Source: an uncultured bacterium (GTDB lineage: Bacteria; Fidelibacterota; Marinisomatia; Marinisomatales; UBA1611). Taken from it: a stretch of DNA of 64,000 nt. Below the pieces are notes generated by a model. It was not told the origin of the DNA. It did not search any database and saw only the letters and a list, made by a program, of their open reading frames with translations. The position numbers and the translations under genes are program-made. The stretch's first letter is position 1. Every line of letters starts with the position of its first letter. Shown here in pieces: positions 30,062-41,693 of the stretch. The DNA lies in assembly GCA_965660855.1 (NCBI GenBank), contig CBFIBM010000005.1, positions 65,056 through 129,055 on the forward strand, written 5' to 3'.

Positions 30062-30685
30062 TTATAAACTCATTCCAACAACGAGAAATGCATTTCCGCT
30101 ATCAGGGTTTAAAATCCAGGAACAACTAAATTTATCATTACGTCCTGTTACTCCAATTTCAATTGGTGCAAATTCACCATCAGATGAATAGCCACCATCA
30201 CCAAAACCTAATAAAAACGGACCATATGTGAACCCTAAATATTTTGATAAAGGTGCTTTATCAGTATCAAATACTCCATAAAAACCAGGTTCATATAGAA
30301 ACATTCCAGTGGTTATACCAATACCTGAGATTGATGCGCCTAATGAAATTTCTATGTTATGAGCACCCGTATCTTTTGCAGTTGAATTAAAATCAGTACC
30401 AGGAAAATAATAATCTGTGATGGTTAATGAAAAATCCCCTACTGAATATGTTGCATACAGATCATTTTCCGAGCCAGTTCCACTATGTTGCCAAGCACTC
30501 CAAGCACCTATTGTTAATGGACCAGTTGTATAGGATAATCCGGGTTGAATTGATGCACTATTTCCAAAATCGGTTCCTCTCCATACATATCTACTATATA
30601 TATCACAGGTAACATCAATTTGTGAAAAAGCAATATTTGAGAAAGATATTAAATAGATAAGTAAAATTAATACTTTTTTAAGCAT
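30062..30685 (-). CDS. Putative outer-membrane porin (TorF/Gcw_chp-like) upstream of amtB
   Basis: Signal peptide; D.YSRYVWRG motif, IQPGLSY, GAW, E.DLY..Y, TDYYFP. Confidence 0.75.
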   Translation of the reverse strand: MLKKVLILLIYLISFSNIAFSQIDVTCDIYSRYVWRGTDFGNSASIQPGLSYTTGPLTIGAWSAWQHSGTGSENDLYATYSVGDFSLTITDYYFPGTDFNSTAKDTGAHNIEISLGASISGIGITTGMFLYEPGFYGVFDTDKAPLSKYLGFTYGPFLLGFGDGGYSSDGEFAPIEIGVTGRNDKFSCSWILNPDSGNAFLVVGMSL

Positions 30686-30899
30686 CTTAGCCTCTTTTTG
30701 TTTATTAAATTAAGAATTAGTTGTATTTTAATTAATAATTTTAATTAATAATTAAAATATCTGCTTTAATTCTAAACCATAGATACAAAAATTGCAAGTC
30801 TTATTATTTAAAGCTTATTATCTATATTTATTTAAAATAAAATAAATTTATTTATATTATGTTAATATATTTAAGTATATGCGAGTTATATATAAATTA

Positions 30900-33800
30900 T
30901 CATTCATTAAGTAAAACATTAATTCTATCAGAAGTTTGCAAGCTGTAAATTTCATCAAGGTTTATAATATCCATTGCTTTAGGTTTAATTTTTTTAAAGT
31001 TATCTTTCTCAAAATTCCAGTTATTGATCACCTTTTTACCAAGGCTAGAATCAGTATGAAAAACGTGATTTCTTAAAAACCTTAGTATTAAGTTTTTATC
31101 TTTTAATTTTAATTCATCTTCATAAACAAAATTATAATTTAATTGATTTTTCAGGCTTTTATTTTTTGAATAAATATAAGAGATTCCACCCGTCATACCA
31201 GCTCCAAAATTCTTTCCAATATTTCCTAAAATAATTATAGTACCCTGTGTCATGTATTCACACCCATGATTTCCAATACCTTCAATTACTCCACAAGCAC
31301 CACTGTTTCTAACACCAAATCTTTCTCCAGCCTGTCCAGCTATATATACATTACCACCTGTGGCTCCATATAAGGCCACATTTCCAATTACAGTATGATC
31401 TTTATTCTGCTTTCTAATTTTATCGGGCATTCTTATTGTTATCAAACCCGAGGACATGCCTTTCCCAACGTAATCATTAGCAACACCCTTCAGTCTAAGT
31501 TCAATATTATTTCCCAAATATGCACCAAAACTTTGTCCCGCAGTACCAAAAAGCCTACATTGTATACTACCCTTAAAATTTTGTTTACCAAATAAAAAGG
31601 CTATTTCTCCAGATAAACGAGTACCTATAGATCTATTTGTATTGTTAATATTTTTATAAACCACACCATGTCCATGTGTTAATATTTCAGACCTTATTTC
31701 TGTAAAAATTTCTTCATCAATGCTAGATGTTCTTCTCTGTTTACTGAATCTTACTTTTAACTCTGATTTAAGAGGCAAACCATTTTTAGCATTTGGATTT
31801 AATATGTTATTCAAATTTATATTTTGATTTTTTATATAGTTTTTAAAATCTTTATTAATTTTCAATAAATCACTTCTTCCAATAACACTTTGAATCTCTT
31901 TATACCCTAGACTTGCCAAATCCATTTGAATGTCTTTAGCTATATTTTCTAAATATTTACTTAAATTTTCTGAACTCCCTTTATACTTTTCAAGATATTT
32001 TTCATCCTGAGTTGCTATTCCTTTAGGACAATTATTTAAATGACATTTTCTTGCCATCACACACCCCAGTGCAACAAGAGCTGAAGTACCAAAGTCAAAT
32101 TCTTCAGCACCTAACATAGCAGCTACCAAAATGTCTTTAGACCACTTTAAACCACCATCAACACGTAATGTGACTTGATCACGTAAATCATTAGCTGTTA
32201 AAACTTGATGAGTTTCAGCTAGGCCATATTCCCAAGGAAAACCAGCATGTTTTAATGAACCTAGGGGACTAGCTCCTGTTCCTCCATCATAACCAGAGAT
32301 TAAAATGATATCAGCACCAGCTTTTACCACACCTGATGCTACTGTTCCAATACCCGGTTGAGCGACTAATTTTACACTAACTTTTGCACGAGAATTTGCT
32401 TCTTTTAAATCATATATCAGTTGTTTGATATCTTCAATACTGTATATATCATGATGTGGAGGAGGTGAAATTAAAGGCATTCCAGGAGTTGAAGACCTAG
32501 CAGATGCAATTAAATTTGTTACTTTATAACCTGGCAATTGCCCGCCCTCTCCTGGCTTAGCACCTTGCGCCATTTTTATCTGCAACTCTCCGGCTGCAGA
32601 TAAATAATCAATAGTTACACCAAATCTTCCACTAGCTATTTGTTTAACAAATGAATTAACAGTTTTATCTGGGTTTGACAAACTATACCTATCTTCAAGC
32701 TCACCACCTTCACCAGTATTACTTCGAGCTCCAACGAGTGAAAATCCTTTTGCTAAATCTCTATGAGATTGTTCTGATATTGCACCAAATGACACACCCC
32801 CAGATCCGAAACGTTTTAGAATATTTTTTGTTTTTTCAATTTTATCAACTTTTAGTGGCTGCCTTAAGCTTTTGAAATCAAATAAATCTCTAATGTAAAC
32901 AATATTTTGAATATCCTTATTATTTGATAGATTAATTGTTTTATTTTTTTGTATCAATTGAAATACTTTAGGGTTATATCCATGAGATTCACCGCTTTTT
33001 AAAAACCTAAATAAACCAATATCAGAAATTTTATCTTTTTCTTTATTGTAAGCTTTATTATTCCGACCTATAATTATGTTATTTAAATGATCAATTTCAA
33101 TTCCTCCAAAAAAGCTAGGTATTGAGGGAAAATATTTTTTTGAAAACTTTTCACCAAGACCAATTGAATGCATTAACATACTTCCACTATAACTACTAAT
33201 GGTTGAGATACCCATTTTTGACATGATTTTTAACAAACCTTTTTCTAGAGCATATCTATAGTTACTCATTTTTTCCATCCAGTCATCTTTAATAAATACA
33301 TCTTTTATAGTATCATACGCTATATGTGGATAAACAGCGCTTGCACCAAGGGATAATAAAACTGCAACATCATGGTCTTCGATAACATCTCCTGCCAAAC
33401 ATATTATTGATACTCTATTTCTTACTTGCTTATCAACCAAATAATGATGGACTAAAGATGTTACTAATGCCATTGGAATAGGTAATTTATCTTTACTTAT
33501 AAATTCGTCTGATAGAAATATTAATTTTGCTCCATTATCAACTGCCTCTTTAGATTTACTCTTTATATGATTTAATCGAGACTCAAGACTTGTGTTTTTT
33601 TTGTAATGACATGAAATTTTCTTATTTTTAAACCAGTTATCATAACTAAATAGTTCATCAATTTCTTTTGGAGAGAGGATAGGGCTTGAAATTCGAATTG
33701 CATCATTAAATCTCGTTCCTTTTTGCACAAAGTCATCTTCACTACCTAAATATTTATGAAGGCTCATAACATCTCTTTCTCTTATTGGATCAATAGGTGG

Positions 33801-35369
33801 ATTAGTTACTTGAGCAAACCATTGCTTAAAATAGTCATAAAAACTTCTTTCTTTTTTTGACAACATAGAAATCGGAGTATCATCGCCCATCGAGCCTATT
33901 GCTTCCCTACTATTCGTAGCCATTGGGATAATAAATTTGTTTATGTCTTCTTGAGTAAGACCTCTAGAAATTTTTGTTTTAATAGTTTCATAATTATAAA
34001 AATTTTTATGATTTCTAAATTCGCTTACGTAATCTTTCCTTTCAATATAATGAAGATTTTCATTTAAAATTTTTCCATACTCTTGCTGTTCAGAAATATT
34101 TTTTTTTATAAGATCATTTGTGAAAATCTTTCCACTGTTTAAATCTATTCCAAATATCTCTTCTGATTTCATGTGATGATGTAATACCAACTTATCTTCG
34201 GGAATTTCTAAGATACCTGCTTCTGATGCAACTATAACTAAATTATCTTTTGTAATGGAATAACGTAATGGCCTTAATCCATTTCTATCCATTTTTGCAC
34301 CTATCACATCCCCATCAGTAAATACAACAGCAGCAGGACCATCCCATGGTTCCATTAAATTTTCATTATAAATAAAATAATCTCTTAATCTCTTTTTCAT
34401 GGTTTGGTTTTTTGTATATGAATCAGGAACCATTATCATTATTGAATCATAAATATTTCTACCACTCCTCACTAGAAATTCTAATGCGCTATTAAAACTC
34501 TGTGAATCACTTCCTTCATAATTAATTATTGGCGTTATATACTCTTTATGTTTTGACCAATATTTTAAGGCTATATCAGTTTCTCTTGTTTTCATCCATA
34601 GTCGGTTTCCTTTAATGGTATTGAACTCACCATTATGAGCAATAAAATTAAAAGGTTGAGCCATAGACCAAGTAGAATTTGTATTTGTTGAGAATCTCTC
34701 ATGAAAAAGAGCAAATTTCACAACGTATGAGTCTTTTGATAGATCAATATAAAAATGGTCTAATATATCAGAAGTTAATAAACCTTTATATATAATGGTC
34801 TTTGATGATAGTGAACAAACATAACTTTTCTTTTTGAGTGTAAAAATATGTTTTTGTATAATTTTTCTTAATAAAAATAAATTATGTTCCAATTTAGCCT
34901 TTGATATTTCAGAAGAAATTATGAACTGGACAATAGTAGGTTTAGTATTATAAGCACTTTTTCCAAGTACTTTTTCATTTACTGGAACATCTCTTGAAAC
35001 TAAAAAGTTCATTCCAAATCTTTTTACCTCTTTTCTAAAAATACCTTCAATCCATTTTTTCTCATATGAAGTAGTAAAAACCATTCCGACTGCAATTTTA
35101 CTTTTAGAACTAAGTTTTATATTGAAGGTATTTTTTAATATCAATTTAAAAAACTTCACTGGTAAGTCTGTCATTATTCCAGATCCATCTCCAGACTTAT
35201 TATCTGATGATGCAGCACCTCTATGTGATAATTTCTTCAGAGATTTTAATGCAAGTGAAAGGATTCGTTTATCAGGTTGACCAGACTTTGATACAATAAA
35301 CCCAGTGCCACATGCATCGTGAAAAATTTTGGGATCATATAATGGAAATTTTCTATTTTTAGATTTCAT
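30900..35369 (-). CDS. gltB: Glutamate synthase large subunit
   Basis: DA|CG.G amidotransferase start, HERFSTNT, HNGEFNT, PWDGPA, FAQVTNPPID, KMAQGAKPGEGGQLPG, CVMARKCHLNNC 3Fe-4S motif, GXGXG C-domain. Confidence 0.97.
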   Translation of the reverse strand: MKSKNRKFPLYDPKIFHDACGTGFIVSKSGQPDKRILSLALKSLKKLSHRGAASSDNKSGDGSGIMTDLPVKFFKLILKNTFNIKLSSKSKIAVGMVFTTSYEKKWIEGIFRKEVKRFGMNFLVSRDVPVNEKVLGKSAYNTKPTIVQFIISSEISKAKLEHNLFLLRKIIQKHIFTLKKKSYVCSLSSKTIIYKGLLTSDILDHFYIDLSKDSYVVKFALFHERFSTNTNSTWSMAQPFNFIAHNGEFNTIKGNRLWMKTRETDIALKYWSKHKEYITPIINYEGSDSQSFNSALEFLVRSGRNIYDSIMIMVPDSYTKNQTMKKRLRDYFIYNENLMEPWDGPAAVVFTDGDVIGAKMDRNGLRPLRYSITKDNLVIVASEAGILEIPEDKLVLHHHMKSEEIFGIDLNSGKIFTNDLIKKNISEQQEYGKILNENLHYIERKDYVSEFRNHKNFYNYETIKTKISRGLTQEDINKFIIPMATNSREAIGSMGDDTPISMLSKKERSFYDYFKQWFAQVTNPPIDPIRERDVMSLHKYLGSEDDFVQKGTRFNDAIRISSPILSPKEIDELFSYDNWFKNKKISCHYKKNTSLESRLNHIKSKSKEAVDNGAKLIFLSDEFISKDKLPIPMALVTSLVHHYLVDKQVRNRVSIICLAGDVIEDHDVAVLLSLGASAVYPHIAYDTIKDVFIKDDWMEKMSNYRYALEKGLLKIMSKMGISTISSYSGSMLMHSIGLGEKFSKKYFPSIPSFFGGIEIDHLNNIIIGRNNKAYNKEKDKISDIGLFRFLKSGESHGYNPKVFQLIQKNKTINLSNNKDIQNIVYIRDLFDFKSLRQPLKVDKIEKTKNILKRFGSGGVSFGAISEQSHRDLAKGFSLVGARSNTGEGGELEDRYSLSNPDKTVNSFVKQIASGRFGVTIDYLSAAGELQIKMAQGAKPGEGGQLPGYKVTNLIASARSSTPGMPLISPPPHHDIYSIEDIKQLIYDLKEANSRAKVSVKLVAQPGIGTVASGVVKAGADIILISGYDGGTGASPLGSLKHAGFPWEYGLAETHQVLTANDLRDQVTLRVDGGLKWSKDILVAAMLGAEEFDFGTSALVALGCVMARKCHLNNCPKGIATQDEKYLEKYKGSSENLSKYLENIAKDIQMDLASLGYKEIQSVIGRSDLLKINKDFKNYIKNQNINLNNILNPNAKNGLPLKSELKVRFSKQRRTSSIDEEIFTEIRSEILTHGHGVVYKNINNTNRSIGTRLSGEIAFLFGKQNFKGSIQCRLFGTAGQSFGAYLGNNIELRLKGVANDYVGKGMSSGLITIRMPDKIRKQNKDHTVIGNVALYGATGGNVYIAGQAGERFGVRNSGACGVIEGIGNHGCEYMTQGTIIILGNIGKNFGAGMTGGISYIYSKNKSLKNQLNYNFVYEDELKLKDKNLILRFLRNHVFHTDSSLGKKVINNWNFEKDNFKKIKPKAMDIINLDEIYSLQTSDRINVLLNE

Positions 35370-35378
35370 GTTACTTAC

Positions 35379-36977
35379 TTAATTAGATTTAGTCTTTTTC
35401 TCATTTAAAACTGCAAGCTTATAATTCAAACTATCACTGAGTGCCTGACGACTAGCCTCAATTATATTTTCAGAAACTCCAACAGTAGACCATGAAAGTT
35501 TCCCATCTGTATTTTCAATTATCACTCTGACTTTTGCAGAAGTTCCAGCTTGTTCATTCAATACCCTAACTTTATAATCTTTCAATTTTACTACAGCTAG
35601 CTCTGGATAAAACCTTATCAAAGCCTTCATTAATGCTTTATTAAGAGCATCTACTGGCCCTTGACCATCAGAAGCAGTATGTTCAATTTCACTATCAACA
35701 AAGACTTTTAATCTCGCATCCGCTTTTCCGCGACCAGCATCATCGTAACTAACTTGAACATTCGAGTCAAGAATTCTAAAAAATGGAGAAAAAGTACCTG
35801 AAATTTCTCTGAAGATTAATTCAAGTGAAGCTTCTGCTGCTTCATATTGATATCCTTGATATTCTAATTCTTTTATTTTTTTTACAATTAATTCTGAAAT
35901 ATTATTATTTGCTATTGAATTAACATTTAGCTCTTTAGCTTTAAAATTAATATTACTTTTACCGGATAGATCTGAGACTAAAACACGTTGCTTATTTCCA
36001 ACAAGATTTGGATCAATATGCTCATACATTCTACTGTTTTTCATTACTGCACTGACATGAATACCACCTTTATGAGCAAAAGCAGATTTTCCAATAAATG
36101 GTGCTTGTGAATCAGGCTGAAGATTCATCACATCATAAACAAACTGTACAAGCGAAGATAATTTATTCAATTGGATAGACGATTTAGGTCTTAATCCCAT
36201 TTTCAAAATAATATTCGGAATAACTGTTGCAAGGCTTACATTTCCACATCTTTCTCCAACACCATTAATCGTTCCTTGAACATGTCTTGCTCCAGCCTCA
36301 ACTGCCATTAAGGTATTTGCAGCTGCCAGACCACTATCATTATGAGCATGAATTCCTATTACCACTTCATCGCCAAACTTTTCTTTTACATGGGATGTTG
36401 CTTTGTAAATAAAATGAGGAAGAGAACCTCCATTAGTATCACAAAGAACTACAGTATCAGCGCCACCATTTATTGCAGACTCTATCATACTTAATGAAAA
36501 ATCTGATGAATCACGATAACCATCAAAAAAATGTTCAGCATCAAATATAACTCTTTTATTCTTTTTGACAAGAAAGCTCACTGAATCATAAATTAACTTG
36601 TAATTCTCTACTTCACTCAAACCCAAACCTTTTTCAGAATGAAGTCTCCAAGTTTTTCCAAAAATTGTTACGACTTTTGTTTTTGCATTAATTAATTCAT
36701 TTAAGTTTTTATCATTTTCTATTTGATCTAAATTTCTAGCTGTTGAACCAAAAGCCGTTATTTTTGAGTTTTTATAACTTAACTTTGAAGCTTTTTCAAA
36801 AAATTCTTTATCCTTAGGATTACTTCCTGGCCACCCTCCTTCAATTATATCAATTCCAAAATTATCTAATTTTTTGGAAATTTTAATTTTATCTTCGACA
36901 GATACATTAACTCCCTCTCCTTGAGTGCCATCTCTTAAAGTGGTATCAAAAAACTCAATGTGTTTATTGCTTTTCAT
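35379..36977 (-). CDS. cimA: Citramalate synthase
   Basis: DTTLRDGTQGEG, IEGGWPGSNPKD, DAEHFFDGY, AFAHKGGIHVSA, WSTVGVSENII. These are CimA-type motifs, distinct from the LeuA in the same operon. Confidence 0.92.
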   Translation of the reverse strand: MKSNKHIEFFDTTLRDGTQGEGVNVSVEDKIKISKKLDNFGIDIIEGGWPGSNPKDKEFFEKASKLSYKNSKITAFGSTARNLDQIENDKNLNELINAKTKVVTIFGKTWRLHSEKGLGLSEVENYKLIYDSVSFLVKKNKRVIFDAEHFFDGYRDSSDFSLSMIESAINGGADTVVLCDTNGGSLPHFIYKATSHVKEKFGDEVVIGIHAHNDSGLAAANTLMAVEAGARHVQGTINGVGERCGNVSLATVIPNIILKMGLRPKSSIQLNKLSSLVQFVYDVMNLQPDSQAPFIGKSAFAHKGGIHVSAVMKNSRMYEHIDPNLVGNKQRVLVSDLSGKSNINFKAKELNVNSIANNNISELIVKKIKELEYQGYQYEAAEASLELIFREISGTFSPFFRILDSNVQVSYDDAGRGKADARLKVFVDSEIEHTASDGQGPVDALNKALMKALIRFYPELAVVKLKDYKVRVLNEQAGTSAKVRVIIENTDGKLSWSTVGVSENIIEASRQALSDSLNYKLAVLNEKKTKSN

Positions 36978-36986
36978 TTAATTACC

Positions 36987-37652
36987 TTAACTAGAATTAA
37001 ATAGCCATGGGAAGTTTTGCTTTCTATCTTTTTCAAATTCTTTAATTTCAGCTAAATATTGTAAAGTCTGTCCAATTTCATCTAAACCTTTTAAAAGAAT
37101 TCTTTTTCGATAATCATCAATATCAAACCTATATGCATGAATTTCATCGTATTCTATATATTGATTTTCCAAATCAATCGTAAGCGTAAAATCATCAATA
37201 TCTTTTTCAAGTTTGAAAAGATTTTTAATTTCTTTTTTAGGTAATTGAATGGGTAAGATGCCATTTTTCGTACAATTGTTGTAAAAAATATCTGCAAAAC
37301 TCTCTGCAATTATCGATTTAAACCCATAATCTGCAAAAGCCCACGCTGCATGTTCTCTACTAGATCCACATCCAAAATTCTCGCGAGTTAATAAAATTGA
37401 AGATTCTTTATATTTTGTAAGATTTAAAACGAACTCTTTGTTTAAGTCTCTTTTATTACAATCATCTCCAGGTTCTCCTCTATCTGTGTACCTCCACTCG
37501 TCAAATAAAAAATCTCCAAACCCTGTTTTTTTTATTGATTTTAAATATTGCTTTGGTATTATAGCATCTGTATCGACATTAGATTTATTTAGAGGCGCTA
37601 CTTTACCCTTGAATTTTTTAAATGGATTCATTTTTGTCTGTTTTTTTATCAT
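36987..37652 (-). CDS. leuD: 3-isopropylmalate dehydratase small subunit (start may be ATG 37631)
   Basis: [42 protein letters not shown]. Confidence 0.96.
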   Translation of the reverse strand: MIKKQTKMNPFKKFKGKVAPLNKSNVDTDAIIPKQYLKSIKKTGFGDFLFDEWRYTDRGEPGDDCNKRDLNKEFVLNLTKYKESSILLTRENFGCGSSREHAAWAFADYGFKSIIAESFADIFYNNCTKNGILPIQLPKKEIKNLFKLEKDIDDFTLTIDLENQYIEYDEIHAYRFDIDDYRKRILLKGLDEIGQTLQYLAEIKEFEKDRKQNFPWLFNSS

Positions 37653-39024
37653 TTATATCTATGAAATGACCATTTATAGCAGCTGCAGCCGCCATACTAG
37701 GACTTACCAAGTGTGTTCGTCCACCTTGTCCTTGTCTACCTTCAAAATTTCTATTAGACGTTGAAGCACAACGTTCACCCTTTTCTAGTTTATCAGCGTT
37801 CATTGCTAAACACATAGAACATCCCGGCTCTCTCCATTCAAAACCAGCTTGTTTAAATATTTTGTCAAGACCTTCTTTTTCAGCTTGTTTCTTAACAGGT
37901 GCTGATCCAGGAACAATCATTGCTAATTTTATAGATTTAGCTATTTTTTTACCTTTTACTAAACTAGATGCAATTCTAAGGTCTTCAATTCTTGAATTAG
38001 TGCATGATCCAATAAATATTTTATCTAATTTTATTTCTTTTATTGGTGTGCCTGGCTTCAATCCCATATAGTCTAATGCAGCTAATTCTGATGGATTTTT
38101 AGTCTTAGGGACAATATTGTTGATATCCGTAACCATCTGAGGCGATGTACCCCATGTAACCATTGGCTTGACATCGGATGCATTTATTTTTATTGTTTTA
38201 TCAAATTTTGCTTTATCATCAGAGACATAATCCTTCCAGTTTTCTACTGCGGATTCCCATTGGTCACCATTTGGAGAGAAAGACCTATTCTTCAAATAAT
38301 CAACTGTAATCTGATCAACACCAATAATTCCAGATCTTGCTCCTGCTTCAATAGCCATATTACATATTGTCATCCTTCCCTCCATTGATAGTGATTTAAT
38401 AACTTCACCACCAAATTCAATAGCATACCCAGTTCCTCCTGCAGTACCAATCAAACCAATGATATACAATATTAAATCTTTTGCCGTTATGCCTTTATTG
38501 AGACCTCCCTCAATCGAAATCAACATAGTTTTTGATTTCTTCTGCATCAAACATTGAGTTGCTAATACATGCTCAACTTCAGATGTACCTATCCCAAAAG
38601 CCAATGTACCAAATGCACCATGAGTTGAAGTGTGTGAATCACCGCATACAATGGTCATTCCTGGTAAAGTAAGACCTTGCTCAGGTCCAATAACATGTAC
38701 TATTCCTTGGTTAGGATGATCCATTCCAAATTCTCGGATATCATGAGATTTACAATTTTCATCAAGTGTTTCAACTTGAATTTTTGAAATAGGATCTGAT
38801 ATACCTAGATCTCTATCTTTAGTGGGAATGTTATGATCGGGAACAGCTATATTTGAATTAACCCTCCATGGCTTTCTTCCAGCTAAATTTAAGCCCTCAA
38901 AAGCTTGCGGTGATGTAACTTCATGAATATAATGTCTATCAATATAAATTAGATCAAATCCATTGATATTCGACTTAATAAGGTGAGATTCCCATAATTT
39001 ATCATATAGTGTTTTGAAGTTCAT
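37618..39024 (-). CDS. leuC: 3-isopropylmalate dehydratase large subunit
   Basis: [57 protein letters not shown]. Confidence 0.98.
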   Translation of the reverse strand: MNFKTLYDKLWESHLIKSNINGFDLIYIDRHYIHEVTSPQAFEGLNLAGRKPWRVNSNIAVPDHNIPTKDRDLGISDPISKIQVETLDENCKSHDIREFGMDHPNQGIVHVIGPEQGLTLPGMTIVCGDSHTSTHGAFGTLAFGIGTSEVEHVLATQCLMQKKSKTMLISIEGGLNKGITAKDLILYIIGLIGTAGGTGYAIEFGGEVIKSLSMEGRMTICNMAIEAGARSGIIGVDQITVDYLKNRSFSPNGDQWESAVENWKDYVSDDKAKFDKTIKINASDVKPMVTWGTSPQMVTDINNIVPKTKNPSELAALDYMGLKPGTPIKEIKLDKIFIGSCTNSRIEDLRIASSLVKGKKIAKSIKLAMIVPGSAPVKKQAEKEGLDKIFKQAGFEWREPGCSMCLAMNADKLEKGERCASTSNRNFEGRQGQGGRTHLVSPSMAAAAAINGHFIDINDKKTDKNESI

Positions 39025-40598
39025 TATATGGACCCTATCTTTTTCTTATTCAAACTTTTTTTGTTAAATTCATAATTATTTAGCGAATCTAGATAGGCCA
39101 TTGCACTTGCATTGATTGTATCTGTTGAGACACCTTTACCAACAAAAATTTTATCACCCATTCTTAACCTTATCGTCACTTCTCCCAAAGCGTCTTTCCC
39201 ACTGGTAATTGAACGTACTTGGTAATGGTCTAAAACAATATTATTTGCAAGCTTCAGAGCCTTTTTTATGGATCTAAAAGTCGCAGAAACTGGCCCATCT
39301 CCAATTGCTGATTCTTCAAAATTTTTTCCATCAGCGCAAATTTTAACTGTAGCAGTTGGAACTATAGAAGTTCCAACATTAACACTCAAATATTCCAAAT
39401 TGTAAAATTTATTTTTTCCAGAAATACTATCTCCCATTAGACATCTAAGATCTTCATCAAATATTTCTTTTTTCTTATCGGCTAACTCTATAAAAAGCGG
39501 ATATATTTTATCCATTCTTGATTCAGATAATTCATACCCAAGACTCGTGAGCCTTGCATATAAACCATGTCGCCCTGAGTGCCTGCCTAGGACTATCTTA
39601 TTATTTGTTATTCCAATAGTTTCAGGAGTCATTATTTCGTATGTATTTCTATTTTTTAATACTCCATCTTGATGGATACCGGATTCATGAGAAAATGCAT
39701 TATCTCCTATGATTGCTTTGTTTGGCTGAACTATAATGCCAGTAAAATTTGAGACCATCTTACTTGTATTATAGATTTCTTCAGTTTTTACATCTGTATG
39801 AAAATTCCACAGATCTTTTCTAACCTCTAAGGCCATCACAATTTCTTCAAGAGATGCATTACCTGCTCTTTCACCAATTCCATTTATAGTACATTCTACC
39901 TGCCTTGCACCATTTGATATTGCACTTAAAGAATTTGCGACTGCCAGTCCTAAATCATCATGACAATGTACACTAATAATACAATCATCAATATTTGGTA
40001 CAATATTATGAATTATTCTTATTTTTTCACCTAGCTCAGTAGGCATTGTATACCCGGTTGTGTCTGGTATATTTATTGTCTGAGCACCAGCTTCAATAAC
40101 AGCTTCAATGATATCGCATAAAAATTCAATATCTGTTCTACCTGCATCTTCAGGAGAAAATTCAACATCTTTTGAATATGTTTTTGCAAGCCTCACAGCG
40201 TCAACTGCCATTTTTAAAACTGACTTTCTTTTTTCGTTTAAATTGGAACCATATTTTTTATTACTAAATTTTCCAAGTATATGAATATCTGATGTACCAA
40301 TAAATGTGTGTATTCTACTTTTATTTGAGTACCTTAAAGCTTTATAAGCAACTTTGATATCTAGATCTATGGCTCTAGCTAAAGCTGCAACTGTAGGCCC
40401 CTCAATCGAATCTACAATTCTTTCTACGCTCTCAAACTGTACTTTTGATGAAATAGGAAAACCTGCTTCAATAATATCTACATTTAATTTAGATAACTGT
40501 TTTGCGATTTCTACTTTTTCAATTATGGATAAAGAGGCTCCAGGAGATTGTTCACCATCTCTTAGAGTAGTATCAAAAATTTTTATTTTTTCTTTCAT
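39024..40598 (-). CDS. leuA: 2-isopropylmalate synthase
   Basis: [41 protein letters not shown], and a C-terminal regulatory domain (GDGPV). Confidence 0.96.
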   Translation of the reverse strand: MKEKIKIFDTTLRDGEQSPGASLSIIEKVEIAKQLSKLNVDIIEAGFPISSKVQFESVERIVDSIEGPTVAALARAIDLDIKVAYKALRYSNKSRIHTFIGTSDIHILGKFSNKKYGSNLNEKRKSVLKMAVDAVRLAKTYSKDVEFSPEDAGRTDIEFLCDIIEAVIEAGAQTINIPDTTGYTMPTELGEKIRIIHNIVPNIDDCIISVHCHDDLGLAVANSLSAISNGARQVECTINGIGERAGNASLEEIVMALEVRKDLWNFHTDVKTEEIYNTSKMVSNFTGIIVQPNKAIIGDNAFSHESGIHQDGVLKNRNTYEIMTPETIGITNNKIVLGRHSGRHGLYARLTSLGYELSESRMDKIYPLFIELADKKKEIFDEDLRCLMGDSISGKNKFYNLEYLSVNVGTSIVPTATVKICADGKNFEESAIGDGPVSATFRSIKKALKLANNIVLDHYQVRSITSGKDALGEVTIRLRMGDKIFVGKGVSTDTINASAMAYLDSLNNYEFNKKSLNKKKIGSI

Positions 40599-40608
40599 TT
40601 TAAAAAAA

Positions 40609-41682
40609 TTATTTAGTAAGCGCTATTATTTGCTCTAGGATTTTAGAAGTCATTGCTGAAGTGGAGAGAACTTTAGAATTTTTACCCGCTATTTCTATGG
40701 TTCTAAAACCATTTTCCAGGGTAATATCTATTCCATCAATAATTATTTTTGCGACATCAGGTAATTTAAATGTATGCTCAAACATCATTGCTACAGAGGC
40801 AATAGATGCAATTGGATTCGCTATATTTTTTCCAGTCATATCAGGAGCTGATCCATGAACTGGCTCGTACATCTGATGTTTTCTACCGATAGAGGCGGAG
40901 GGTAACATTCCTAAGCTTCCAGTTATCATTGCAGAAATATCACTCAGTATATCACCAAATAGGTTTTGGGTAACAATTACATCAAATTGATTAGGATCTC
41001 TTATTAATTGCATTGCAGCATTATCTACATACATATTATCAAGTCTAACATTCAAAAAATCTCTATGAACTTCATCAACAGTATTCTTCCAAAATTGTGA
41101 ACTTTCTAAAACATTAGATTTGTGAACAGAAGTTAAATGACAACCCCTATTTTCAGCCAACTTAAATGCAACCTCTGCAATTCGTCGAACTTCTTCTTTT
41201 TTATAGATTAAGGTATTCCAACCTTTTTCTGAATCCTGTCCTCTAGGTTCGCCAAAATATATTCCGCCAGTTAATTCTCTTACTACTATTAAATCTGCAC
41301 CTTTTAAAATACCTGCTTTTAATGAAGAGGCATCTAGTAAAGAATCATAGACTTTTGCAGGTCTTAAATTTGAAAAAAGATCCAATTCTTTTCTTAGCTT
41401 TAAAAGTGCTTTTTCAGGTTTTAAATGGTGAGGTAAATCATCCCATAAAGGTCCACCAACAGCCCCTAAAAAAACTGCATCTGCATTTAAGCAATCATCA
41501 ATTACTTCGTTTGTTATTGGCTTTTGATGAGCTTCATATGATATTCCACCAATTAATCGGCTTTCAATATCAATGTTTAAACCATAAATTTCACCTACAG
41601 ACTTCAGCACATCCATTGCAGCGTCTACTACTTCAGGTCCAATTCCATCTCCAGGAAGGGTCATAATCCTATAATTTTTCAC
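40609..41682 (-). CDS. leuB: 3-isopropylmalate dehydrogenase
   Basis: PGDGIGPEV, GAVGGP, NLRP, RELTGGIYFG, NLFGDILSD, EPVHGSAPD. Confidence 0.97.
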   Translation of the reverse strand: MKNYRIMTLPGDGIGPEVVDAAMDVLKSVGEIYGLNIDIESRLIGGISYEAHQKPITNEVIDDCLNADAVFLGAVGGPLWDDLPHHLKPEKALLKLRKELDLFSNLRPAKVYDSLLDASSLKAGILKGADLIVVRELTGGIYFGEPRGQDSEKGWNTLIYKKEEVRRIAEVAFKLAENRGCHLTSVHKSNVLESSQFWKNTVDEVHRDFLNVRLDNMYVDNAAMQLIRDPNQFDVIVTQNLFGDILSDISAMITGSLGMLPSASIGRKHQMYEPVHGSAPDMTGKNIANPIASIASVAMMFEHTFKLPDVAKIIIDGIDITLENGFRTIEIAGKNSKVLSTSAMTSKILEQIIALTK

Positions 41683-41693
41683 TATTAGATTTC

